64,000 nucleotides of DNA from NCBI RefSeq assembly GCF_009914755.1, contig NC_060934.1. The stretch is one strand, 5' to 3'. Positions within the stretch are counted from its first letter, which is position 1. Each line of letters begins with the position of its first letter. The position numbers were made by a program, and so were the translations under genes. The notes beneath the pieces were generated by a model that was not told the origin of the DNA, ran no database searches, and worked only from the letters and a program-made list of their open reading frames with translations. The stretch comes from the human T2T-CHM13v2.0 reference genome, Homo sapiens. Positions 38,072-49,675 of this stretch are shown piece by piece.

Positions 38072-41000
38072 GGGTGCCCAGGACAAGCACCAGCTCAATG
38101 TCATCACCCTCGCTGAGCACCGGGTATGTTTAACCATTGAGGGCCAGGAAATGGACTCTTCCTGGACACTGGCACAGCCTTCTCAGTGTTAATCTCCTAT
38201 CCCAGACGACTGTCCTCAAGGTCCATTACCATCCAAGGAATCCTGGGACAGCCTGTAACCAGGTATTTCTCCCAACTCCTCAGTTGTAATTGGGAGACTT
38301 TGCTCTTTTCACATGCCTTTCTTGTTATGCCTGAAAGTCCCACACCCTTATTAGGGAGTGATATATTAGCCTAAGCTGGAGCTATTATCTACATGAATAT
38401 GGGGAACAAGTTACCCATTTGTTGTCCCCCACTTGAGGAGGGAATCAACCCTGAAGTCTGGGCATTGGAAGGACAATTTGGAAGGGCAAAAAATGCCCAC
38501 CCAGTCCAAATCAGGCTAAAAGACCCCACCACTTTTCCTTATCAAAGGCAATATCCCTTAAGGCCTGAAGCTCATAAAGGATTACAGGATATTGTTAAAC
38601 ATTTAAAAGCTCAAGACTTAGGAAATGCAGCAGTCCCTGCAACACCCCAATTCTAGGAGTACTAAAAACCAAAGTTAGTGGAGACTAACGCAAGATCTTA
38701 GACTCATCAATGAGGCAGTAATTCCTCTATATCCAGTTGTATCCAAACCCTATACCCTGCTCTCTCAAATACCAGAGGAAGCAGAATGGTTCACCATTCT
38801 GGACCTCAGGTATGCCTTCTTCTATATTCCCCTGCACTCTGACTCCCAGTTTCTCTTTTCCTTTGAGGATCCCACAGACCACACGTCCCAACTTACATGG
38901 ACAGTCTTGCCCCAAGGGTTTAGGAATAGCCCTCATCTGCTTTGTCAGGCACTGGCCCAAGATCTAGGCCACTTCTCAGGTCCAGGCACTCTGATCCTTC
39001 AATATGTGGATGATTTATTTTGGCTACCAGTTTGGAAGCCTCATGCCAGCAGGCTCCTCTAGATCTCTTGAACTTTCTAGCTAATCAAGGGTAAAAGGCA
39101 TCTAGGTTGAAGGCCCAGCTTTGCCTACAGAAGTCAAATATCTAGGCCTAATCTTAGCCAGAGGGACCAGGGCCCTCAGCAAGGAATGAATACAGCCTAT
39201 ACTGGCTTATCCTCACCCTAAGACATTAAAACAGTTGCAGGTGTTCCTTGGAATCACTGACTTTTGCCGACTATGGATCCCCAGATACAGCGAGATGGCC
39301 AGACTACTCTATACTCTAATCAAGGAGACCCAGAGGGCAAATGCTCATCTAGTAGAATGGGAACCAAGGGAGAAACAGCCTTCAAAACCTTAAAGCTGGC
39401 CCTAATACAAGCTCCAGCTTTAAGCCTTCTCACAGGACAAAACTTCTCTTTATACGTCACAGAGAGAGCAGGGATAGCTCTTGGAGTCCTTACTCAGACT
39501 CATGAGACAACCCCACAACCAGTGGCACCCCTAAGTAAGGAAATTGATGTAGTAGCAAAAGGCTGGCCTCACTGTTTATGGGTAGTTGTGGCAGTGGCCA
39601 TCCTAGTGTCAGAGGCTATCAAAATAATACAAGGAAAGTATCTCACTGTCTGGACTACTCACAATGTAAATGGCATACTAGGTGCCAAAGAAAGTTTATG
39701 GCTATCAGACAACCGTCTACTTAGATACCAGGTGCTACTCCTTGAAGGACTGGTGCTTCAAATATGTATCTGTGTGGCCCTCAACCCTGCCACTTTTCTC
39801 CAAGAGGATGGGGAATCAATTGAGCATGACTGCCAAAAAATTATAGTCCAGACTTATGCTGCCCAAGATGATCTCTTAGAAGTCCCCTTAGCTAATCCTG
39901 ACCTTAACCTATATACTGATGGAAGTTCATTTGTGGAGAATGGGATAGAAAGGGCAGGTTATGCCATAGTTAGTGATGTAATCGTACTTGAAAGTAAGCC
40001 TCATCCCCCAGGGACCAGCACCCAGTTAGCAGAACTTGTGGCACTTACCCGAGCCTTAGAACTGAGAAAAGGAAAAAGAATAAATGTGTATACAGATAGC
40101 AAGTATGCTTATCTAATCCTACATGTCTATGCTGCAATATGGAAAGAAAGGGAGTTCCCAACCTCTAGGGGAATCCCCATTAAATGCCACAAGAAAATTA
40201 CGGAGTTATTGCATGCAGTGCAAAAACCCAAGGAGGTGGCAGTCTTCCACTGCCAAAGCCATCAGAAAGATCAAGGAGAAAAGGCAGAAGGAAACTGTTG
40301 GGCAGATGCTGAGACCAAAATTGCTGCCAGGTGGAACCTCCCATTAGAAATACCTATGGCAGGACCCTTGGTATGGAACAACCCCCTCCAAGAGATTAAG
40401 CCCCAGTATTCCCCAACTGAAACAGAATGGGGACTTTCACGGTGGCATAATTTTCTCCCCTCAGGGTGGTTAATGATAGAAGAAGGAAAAGTACTTATAC
40501 CTGAAGTCAGCCAGCGGAAAATACTTAAAACCCTCCACCAAATTTTTCATATGGGTATTGAAAACACTCATCAAATGGCCAAATCCCTATTTGCAGGGCC
40601 AAATCTCCCCCAGACCATCCAATAGGTAGTCAAATCCTGTGAGGTGTGCCAAAGGAATAATCCCTTGGTCCATCATAAGGCCCCTTTGGGGGAACAAAGA
40701 ATAGGTCACTATCCCGGAGAGGACTGGCAGTTAGACTTCACCCATATGCCTAAGTCAAAGGGATTTCAATACTTGTTGGTCTGTGTTGATACCTTTACAA
40801 ATTGGATATAAGTTTTCCCCTGCAAGACAGAGAAGGCTCAGGAAGTGATTAAAGTCCTAATTCATGAAATAATTCCTAGATTTGGGATTCCCCAAAGCTT
40901 ACAGAGTGACAATGGTCCAGCTTTTAAAGCCACGATAACTCAGGGAATTTCCAGGGCACTAGGGATACAATATCACCTTCACTGCACCTGGAGGCCACAA

Positions 41001-41654
41001 TCCTCAGGGAAGGTTAAGAAGGCAAATGAAACACTCAAGAGGCACTTAAGGAAACTAACACAAGAAATTCATCTCCCACGGCCTACTACTCTTTTGCCCA
41101 TGGCCTTGTTGAGAATCTGAAATTCTCCTCACAAAATGGGGCTCAGTTCATATGAAATGCTGTATGGATGACCTTTTCTCACAAATGACCTCCTACTTGA
41201 CCAGGAAATGGCCAACTTGGTCAAAGATATAACTTCTTTGGCAAAATATCAACAAAACCTTAAAAACCTACCTGAAGGATGGCACAGAGAAAAGGGAACA
41301 GAGTTGTTTCAACCAGGAGATCTAGTGTTGGTCAAATCTCTCCCCTCTACCTCCCCATCTATGGACTCTTTGTGGGAAGGACCATACTCAGTAATCCTCT
41401 CTACCCCCACTGCAGTTAAGGTGGCAGGAGTAGAATCTTGGATTCACCACACCGGAGTTCAATTTTGGACACCCTCTGAGGAACCTGTGGGACTGTCAGC
41501 TCAGGAGTCCCAAGATCAGCCAGACCAGCCTCGATACACCTGTGAACCACTGGAGGACTTGCATCTCCTATTTCAGAAGGAAACATCCCAGACTAAAAAG
41601 GCTCCTACCACTGATCCTGAAGAAAACCCCTTCCTCCTTAAAAAAAATAAGTGA
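38072..41654 (+). pseudogene. pol: pro-pol (protease, RT, RNase H, integrase; disrupted)
   Basis: LDTG protease motif; LPQG and YVDD (39003-39014); RNase H YTDGSS/YTDSKY; integrase HHCC, LDFT, SDNGPAF, GPY; stops and frameshifts. Confidence 0.95.
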
Positions 41655-41699
41655 AAACCTACATAATCTTTATCTTTAACACCTCTCCTTGCCCCTTTA

Positions 41700-41861
41700 A
41701 TGGAATCCTTTTACTATTTCATCATATTATTAAGCAGCATACTAACCATACTCGTTGCGATAGGACTATATACTGTAGCTCCTGCCGGGATGAAAATCTT
41801 AATCACATCAACCTTCTTTCTATCTTCTTTCCTTCTGACAGCAATTTACTCCTATCTTTAA
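41700..41861 (+). CDS. Putative 53-aa hydrophobic ORF between pol and env
   Basis: Manual translation MESFYYFIILLSSILTILVAIGLYTVAPAGMKILITSTFFLSSFLLTAIYSYL*; intact ATG to TAA; no expression evidence. Confidence 0.4.
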   Translation: MESFYYFIILLSSILTILVAIGLYTVAPAGMKILITSTFFLSSFLLTAIYSYL

Positions 41862-41876
41862 CTCAGACTGGATAAA

Positions 41877-43700
41877 ATGATTTTGTCTTCCAGAGCACCC
41901 TCTTTACCTTCCTATTTACTCTTTGCCTATTTATCCCTCCTGCTTCCTTGGATACCTCATACAATTGCCCCACCCCCCTTCCACTAGCTCCTAATTACCT
42001 CCACAAGACTCTGAACTTAACCCACACTCTGTTAAAATAGTCCAATCCTTCCCTGGTAAATGACTGTTGGCTTTGTATCTCTCTATCAACCTCTGCTTAC
42101 ATTGCCACTCCCATTCCCACAAAAAAATTGGGTCTTTACCAACTTAACCTATCACCCTTGTTATGAAGGAAAAGACCCTTTCCAACTTCTAAATATGCAA
42201 TCATTAGCCAACTTCCCCATCTCTGATAGGACCAAGAATATCCTAACAGGACGTGCAATCCAACTTTTACGTTCTTACATTTCCAACCTCACCTATTACA
42301 CAAGCAATGAAAAGCCCATACATGGCCCTGTAACTATGAATACCATCTTAACTTTCCAAGCCCCTTTATGCATCCAATGCAACCTATTGTCAGGCCTGCC
42401 CCTGGGGCACCTACTACTCCATCAGTATAATTACAACCTACAACTTCAAGCCCCAACAGATCATAGTAACTTCCAAGTCACCCAAACAGCTCCATTCAGC
42501 CGGCTTGTCTGCTTCTCAGGTCCTCCAAAAATCATCACCTCCTCCCTGCATAACAAACAGTCCAGGTTTTGTGAGGGCAAACATAATTCCTGCATGACCA
42601 TTCACCCCTGGGCCCCCTGCAGCAGTGCCCCCACCACTAGTGAATGCCTTCTCATCCCCTCTTTCAATCACTCTCTCAAATTGTTCCTAGTAGATACAGA
42701 ATGGTTTTCTCTCCACTGGGAAAATAGAACACAGGGAGCCACTCAGTTTGCTCCCAACAGCCCTTTCGAACCGCTCACTGGAGCTACCTTGGCAAGTACT
42801 CTAAGAGTATGGGAAAATGGAAAGAACAAACTCACACACCTCTTTAACATACACAACCAGTTCTGTCTACCCACCAAGGTATATTCTTCTCATGTGAAAG
42901 GTCAACCTATGTCTGCCTCCCCACTAACTGGACAGGCACCTGCACCTTAGTCTTTCTAAGTCCCAACATTAACATTGCCCCAGGAAATCAGACCCTATGA
43001 GTACCCCTCAAAGTTCAAGTCTGTCAGCTCAGAGCCATACAACTAATACCCCTACTTACAGGGTTAGGAATGGTTCTTGGTACAGGAACCAGAATAGCCA
43101 GTTTATCTACTTCATTATCCTACTACCACATACTCTCAAAGGATTTCTCAGACAGTTTGCAAGAAATAACGAAATCTATCCTTACTCTACAATCCCAAAT
43201 AGACTCTTTGGCAGCAGTGACTCTTCAAAACCACCGAGGCCTAGACCTCCTCACTGCTGAGAAAGGAGGACTCTGCACCTTCTTAGGGGAAGAGTGTTTT
43301 TACACTAACCAGTCATGGATAGTATGAGATGCCACCCAGCATTTACAAGAAAAGTCTTCTGAAATCAGACAACGCCTTTCAAACTCTTTTGCCAGCCTCT
43401 GGAGTTGGGCGACATGGCTTCTCCCCTTTCTAGGTCCTGTGACAGCTATCTTGCTATTACTCGCCTTCAGGCCCTGTATTTTTAACCTTCTTGTCAAATT
43501 TGTTTCCTCTAGGATAGAGGCCATCAAGCTACAGATGGTCTTACAAATGGAACCCCAAATGAGCTCAACTAACAACTTCTACCGAGGACCCCTGGACTGA
43601 CCTGCTGGCCCTTTCACTGGCCTAAAGAGTTCCCCTCTGGAGAACACTACAACTGCAAGGCCCCTTCTTTGCCCTATCCAGCAGGAAGTAGCTAGAATGG
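41877..43700 (+). pseudogene. env: env (SU and TM present, disrupted)
   Basis: Signal-like MILSSRAPSLPSYLLFAYLSLLLPW; CWLC (42065-42076); fusion peptide AIQLIPLL; ISD LQNHRGLDLLTAEKGGL; CX6C; TM anchor WLLPFLGPVTAILLLL; ends near QQEVAR; frameshifts and stops. Confidence 0.93.
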
Positions 43701-43741
43701 TCATCACCCAAATTCCCAACAGCCATTGGGGTGTCCTGTTT

Positions 43742-43751
43742 AGAGGGGGGA
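43742..43751 (+). promoter_or_regulatory. Polypurine tract
   Basis: AGAGGGGGGA immediately before the 3' LTR. Confidence 0.9.
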
Positions 43752-43752
43752 T

Positions 43753-44395
43753 TGAGAGGTGAAGCCAGCTGGACTTCCTGGGTTGAGTGGGGACTTGGAG
43801 AACTTTTCTGTCTAGCTAAAGGATTGTAAACACACCAATCAGCACTCTGTAAAAATGCACCAATCAGCACTCTGTGTCTAGCTAAAGGTTTGTAAATGCA
43901 CCAATCAGCACTCTGTAAAAATGCACCAATCGTCCTCTGTGTCTAGTTAAAGGTTTGTAAATGCACCAATCAGCACTCTGTAAAACAGACCAATCAACAC
44001 TGTAAAATGGACCAATCGGCGCTCTGTAAAATGGACCAATCAGCAGGACGTGGGTGGGGACAAATAAGGGAATAAAAGCTGGCCATCCCAGCAAGCAGCG
44101 GCAACCTGCTTGGGTCCCCTTCCATGCTGCAGAAGCTTTGTTCTTTTGCTCTTCAAAATAAATCTTGCTGCTGCTCACTCTTTGGGTCCGCACTACCTTT
44201 ATGAGCTGTAACACTCACTGCGAGGGTCTGCGGCTTCATTCCTGAAGTCAGCAAGACCAAGAACCCACTGGGAGGAACAAACAACTCCGGGCGCGCCACT
44301 TTTAAGAGCTGTAACACTCACCGTTCAGGTCTGCAGCTTCATTCTTGAAGTCAGCGAGACCAAGAACCCACCGGAAGGAACCAGTTCTGGACACA
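43753..44395 (+). mobile_element. 3' LTR (LTR12-type, 643 bp)
   Basis: Same ends as the 5' LTR; fewer internal repeats. Confidence 0.95.
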
Positions 44396-44399
44396 TAAC

Positions 44400-44515
44400 C
44401 ATTATTATTATCTTTATTTTGCCAGTAAAAACACTGAGGCAGAGAAAGGTTAAGCAACTTGCCCAAGGTTACATATCTCTTAAGTAGTAGAACTGGAATA
44501 TGAGCCCAAGGACTA
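44400..44515 (-). mobile_element. MIR, right part
   Basis: actgaggcagagaaaggttaagcaacttgcccaaggttac core. Confidence 0.8.
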
Positions 44516-44598
44516 GCTTGAGAACTCTTCCTTTTTAACTCTGTTTTTATCATGCCCATTTTCAGTGCTAAGAACCAAGATTTAAAAGAATTTAAGTA

Positions 44599-44933
44599 TA
44601 GTTAGCCCTATGCATCCATGAGTTCCATATCTGCAGATTCAACCAACAGTGGAATGAAAAGGTTTAGGAAAAAAAAATTCTACAAACTCCCAAAAAGCAA
44701 AACTTGAGTTTGCCATGCACTCAGAGCTATGTAGAATCCACACAAATGAAGTAATGTGTTGGCCTTGTATTAAGTATTATAAGTAATTTAGAGATCATTT
44801 AAAGTATATGGGAGGAAGTGCATAGACTATATGCAAATACTATGCCATTTTATATCAGGGACTTGAGCCCCTTTGATTTTGGTATCTGGGGGAGTTCTGG
44901 AACCAATCTCCCACAGATACTGAGGGAAGACTG
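44599..44933. mobile_element. Tigger4a-like DNA transposon MITE
   Basis: Degenerate TIRs (tagttagccctatgcatcc / cagatactgagggaagactg) flanked by TA; gattcaaccaac motif. Confidence 0.8.
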
Positions 44934-44966
44934 TAATTTGTCTAAGTCACACAGCTAATAAGTAAT

Positions 44967-45375
44967 TGTATTTGTTTCTAGGGCTACCATAAGCAAGTAC
45001 CACAAACTGAGTGGCTTAAATGACAGAAATTTATTTTCTCACAATTCTGAGGGCTGGAAGTCCAAATTCAGTGTTGGCAGGGTAGGTGTCTCCTGAGGGC
45101 TGTGAGGAAAGGATCTGCTCCAGGCCTCTTTCCAGGCCTGTAGATGGTCGTCTTCATGTTCATATGGCATTCTGCTTGAATGCAAGTCTGTCTCCAAATT
45201 TCCCCTTTTTATAAAGACACCAGTCATACTGGATGAGGACCCATTCTAATAACCTCATCTTAAACTAATTATCTCTGTAAACACTCTGCCTCCAAATATG
45301 GTCCATTGTGAGATATCAGGGATTAGGACTTTAACATATGAATGAATTTAGGGGGACCCAATTCAACCCATAACA
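44967..45375 (-). mobile_element. MLT1B/C MaLR solo LTR
   Basis: TGTAT...CCCATAACA ends; TSD GTAAT/GTGAT. Confidence 0.85.
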
Positions 45376-48300
45376 GTGATGGATGTAGGACTCAAATCTA
45401 AGGATTCTGACAATATAATCAGATTAATAAAAACCCCATTCTTTCAGCAACTCAAATGTAAAGATCACCTACATAAAACCCCAACATCCACAGATGTGCA
45501 GTGACCAGTGGCAGAGATGAGCTCAGATCATTGTCATCCAGACTCCCTTAAATGGGGAGTGTGTTCTTTCTGGGACACTATGACATATACATTTAGGACA
45601 CTAGTTCTCCAAGTGAAGGAAAATGATAGATGGATGAAATGACCATTTCTCTTCTGTTAACCACAGAACTTTCTTTTGACAGTAAATTCTGAGAACTTAT
45701 CTAAGCCGTACATCACTTAAATCACATCTCTTAAGTCACTTTATCAATAGTCACAATTCTGAACCTAAGGCAGGTCCCCCAAGAGATGTTGCCACCTGTA
45801 TAGAAACGCTTAAATTATACTCCAGCCAAAGTCCTGTAAAGACTAAGCGGCTTTAAATTAACCCAAACTCTTTTTCTTAGCATTTCATCATTTCCTTTTG
45901 TGCTAATTGACTTATAATCCTAAATTTATATTTTCTCAAATAAAAGAGCTTTGCCATTTTCAGCAGCTAGGAGATGTGATTCTGGGGGCATAAAAAGCAG
46001 ATGCTTCTTTTATGAAAGAATAGAAAGCTCAGGGCTCCAATGTCTCCCTTAATATCATTTTACACTTATATTGTTCACTTACAACTATTGTTATAGGGGG
46101 AAAAATGAATGCTTTCAAATGCTGAGCCAGTATTTTTAAGTCTCTTATTAGCAAGCTTATTCTACAAGATTAGTCTTGGTATTTCACAAAACTTAAAGTA
46201 ATTATTTAAATTAGGGTCTTAAGCAGGAGATATACTTTGCACGTATATTTTCAACACTGCTCTACTTGTTCATTAGCAAATGTAAAAATAAGACCATGTG
46301 TTTTTAATTATGGTATAACAATAATAATAATAATAGATACTCTGAGACTACAAAGCCACATGAGCAAGCTTTTGCTATTATTTTCTGAGAACCTTGCCAT
46401 ACTTCTAGAATTTTTAGAGACCTTGTATACATCTTATCAAGTATACATTTTATCTAGTTCTTAAAGCAACTGTGCAATACACTTTTCATTCTCCCTATTT
46501 TACAGATGAAGAGAATGACACCCGAAAGACTAAGTAATATTCTAGGGAATAATATTCAGTGTGGAAATCAACACTTGAAGCCTGATCCCTCTTTCTGGGT
46601 TCTCAACCACTGGCTAGAGTGCCAGAGAGACAGATAGTCAGGAAAGGCTAGACTTTGAATTTAGAAGTGAAGAGTTTTACATAGACTTGAGTAGACAAAA
46701 GGACTAGGTCCGATCTCAAGGACTTGTGGCTAAAGTAGGAGAGGTCAATTCTGGCAAGTGCTCAGAGTTAAGCATTAACAGAGTCAGGAAGATCACTATG
46801 AACAGACCTGCTGAGCTCCAAAACTCAGACAGAAGCTGTTTTTATTTTGCCTGATTAAAGCTGTCTGCAGGTAGTCCTTGATCTGTGGGTACTGATTGTG
46901 GTTTAATGAGGATAATGAGGCTTGAAGTGGTTCTTTCCTTTCAGCAAAGACAGAGATATGAGTATTAACCCATGGTATTTCTGGACTAAAACAGGGCGGA
47001 GCTAGAGAATTGATTGCAAATTGCTCCAGCACAAATCTCCCCTCGAAGGCTCCTTCTTTCTGAGAACCAATGGCTGGATTAAACTGTTTATTGGTCTTTC
47101 CAAACCCAGGAGTCTACATTAAGATTCCAGTCACTGAATGTCTTAAACGTTCTGGCCAATTCAACACTTTTCCTATTTCTTCATTTGTTTGTTTATAGAT
47201 TTGCTAGAAAAATTTGTGTAAGTACACCTTTCAAAAGTCAGCAGGCAATTCTTGCTAAATAGGATGCATGGTACTTCATAGGCAAAATGATATTTAGGTG
47301 ATTGTGATATGTCTTATAAATTCATATTTATAATTTATAAATATATTATTTACAAATAATTTATAAATATATTTATGGTATTTATACATTAATGTGTATA
47401 AAAAGAGCATTTTCAAATCAAGGCATACTTCTTATATCTTGATTAGTCTCAAATTAGTTAAATACATAACATTTTCTTCCCAGTTCAAAAGATTTACGAT
47501 GGTTCATTATCCTGAGAGCGCAATGGTCAGTAAGAAGGCTGTTTCTGTGACACCCGCCCCAGCATGGTGTCTACACCTATTTTATTCCTTTTTACAGAGT
47601 GCTATTTTCGGCATTCCTGTTAAGATCTATTGCCCTTTTTAATGATAATGAGGTGATGAAGAGGGAAAAGAAAACTATTAAGGATCACTCATCTGTTCTT
47701 CAGATTTCAAGTTGGTCATTCAACTGAAAGGTGATTCTGCAACAGACAGAGACATGTTCTTGATGCAGGGTTCTGTTCCAGAGGCAACTGAAGCCTTACT
47801 GTCTAATACATATTGGTCTTGAACACTAGACAGCTTCAGACAGCTTCCATTGTCCTTTAGTAATTTAAGGGGCAATCCTGACTCAACAGGTCTAAAGGAA
47901 GCATTTCCCCCCAAATAACAAAATAGATAAGCTAGAGTTTCTCATTTGAAGAGGAATCAGGGGGGTTAAGTTGTTTGTTTTTGTTCAAAGGTAGAAGTAA
48001 AGAAAACACAACTCAAAGGAAAATACAAAGGGGTTATTCACCATTTGGAGTTAACAGAGTCACATGGATTTTTCTGGTCAAAGCTGCTTTACTTGCACAG
48101 AGCAGAGGCCCATGCAAGCCAGCTCAAATATGTCAGATCTAACTGATGTGGCACATAAAGGTAGAATTACACATCACTGGATAAGATCGGAAACAGCTGG
48201 AAATTAGTATCATTGAAGCTGCATCTCCATCCCTCTTTGTCTCTGCCTCTCTCTGTGCTTCTGTCTTCTCTTTTTACTCACTTTATTCTTTTTCTGTCTC

Positions 48301-49505
48301 TTTTTACATCTGGCTTTAGCTCATCAGGATTTCAGTGTTAGCCCTTAACCTACATGATCTTTTATCTCAGTCTTTCAGTCTCCCAATTCCAAATTTCCAA
48401 GAAGGAATGTTAATGGATCAATCGGAAACAGATGTTCATGCCTGATCAAGTAGCCCTTGTAGGGATATTGATCACCTAACACAAACCTGACTACCTGGAT
48501 GGGTCAATTTTGGAACCAAATTGCACTTCCTCACATGTCTGCTATATTGAGAAGTCACCTGCATCAAATTTAAGTCACTGCCTACTTACAAAACTAGGAA
48601 ATTACTGCCTTATTTGCCATCAACAACAGGGAATATCTCTGCCTTGGATTTCTACTCTGCCACATAGACCAGCAGCCTCTGTTGTACTACTATAGTGGAA
48701 AGAGCTACAAACCAAATATAGCAACGTGGGATATTTCATACCCAGACAACCTCCAGGTTGTATGGTCTTGATTAAAAATACTTAACCTCTCTCTGAGCCT
48801 ATGGCTTGGAAAAAGTGGGGAGAGAGAGAGATACATTAAACTAGATAATCTTCAACATTCTTTCCCAATTAAATGTGTTGTAAACATTGTGTTCAGTTAT
48901 TTTGATAGAATCAGCACTAAACTCGGGTTGATACATGTCAGAGAAATGACTACCACTTCTCTCTTTATGAGGTTGGCCTATTTCCTAATTAACTTCTCTC
49001 CCATCTCACTACATTTCATCCCACAGTGAACATCACTAATATTAGACTGTCTCTAGTGTCCTAAGCATGTCAAGAATGTTCCTCTGTGTCCTTGCTATTG
49101 CTGTTCTCTCAGCCAAGAATGCCCTTGACACCATTGCCTGCTATTGAAACACTGCTTATCCTTCAAGACCCAGTGAAAACATCACCCCCTCTCTACAGCA
49201 TTTCCTGATAAAAATAATTAATTGTCCCTTTTTTTCAGGCACAGGATACTAATGCACCTCTTCAAGCATGGATTTCATTTGGACTTAAAATAAATTTATT
49301 CGGTAATTTATTCTATATCACTTTCTAAGTCATAAATGCCTAAAGCACATGGATTATTTCTTGGGCACTTGTGTATCTCCACAAGAGCACCTGGTAATTA
49401 TTTAGAATAAAGTAGATACTGAATGAATGAATGAATGCATCCTCATTAAATAAAAAAAGCTGAAATCAGAAACCTAGTACTCACGAAAGCATAAAACATT
49501 TTGTA

Positions 49506-49675
49506 GGTCAGGCCCAGTAGCTCACGCCTGTAATCCCAGGACTTTGCGAGGCCAAGGAGGAAGGATTGCTTGAGGAGGAGTTCAAGGCTGCAGCTAGCTA
49601 TGATCGCACCACTATACTCCAGCCTGGGTGAAACACAGCAATAATCTGACTCAGAAATTTTTTTTTTTTTTTTTT
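49506..49675 (+). mobile_element. FAM/FRAM Alu monomer with a T-rich tail
   Basis: Monomer motifs (gagttcaaggctgcag...ctatgatcgcaccact); candidate TSD cataaaacattttg/catacaacactttg. Confidence 0.8.

Larger units (their letters stand above)
34557..44395 (+). mobile_element. ERV9/HERV9 near full-length provirus (LTR12 family LTRs)
   Basis: Two LTRs TGAGAGG...GACACA; TSD TAAC (34553-34556 / 44396-44399); Arg PBS; gag, pro, pol, env; PPT. Confidence 0.97.

Noticed and set aside
47690-47914. Minus-strand 64-aa ORF with exon-like composition
   Set aside because: No recognisable homology, no convincing splice sites, non-ATG start.
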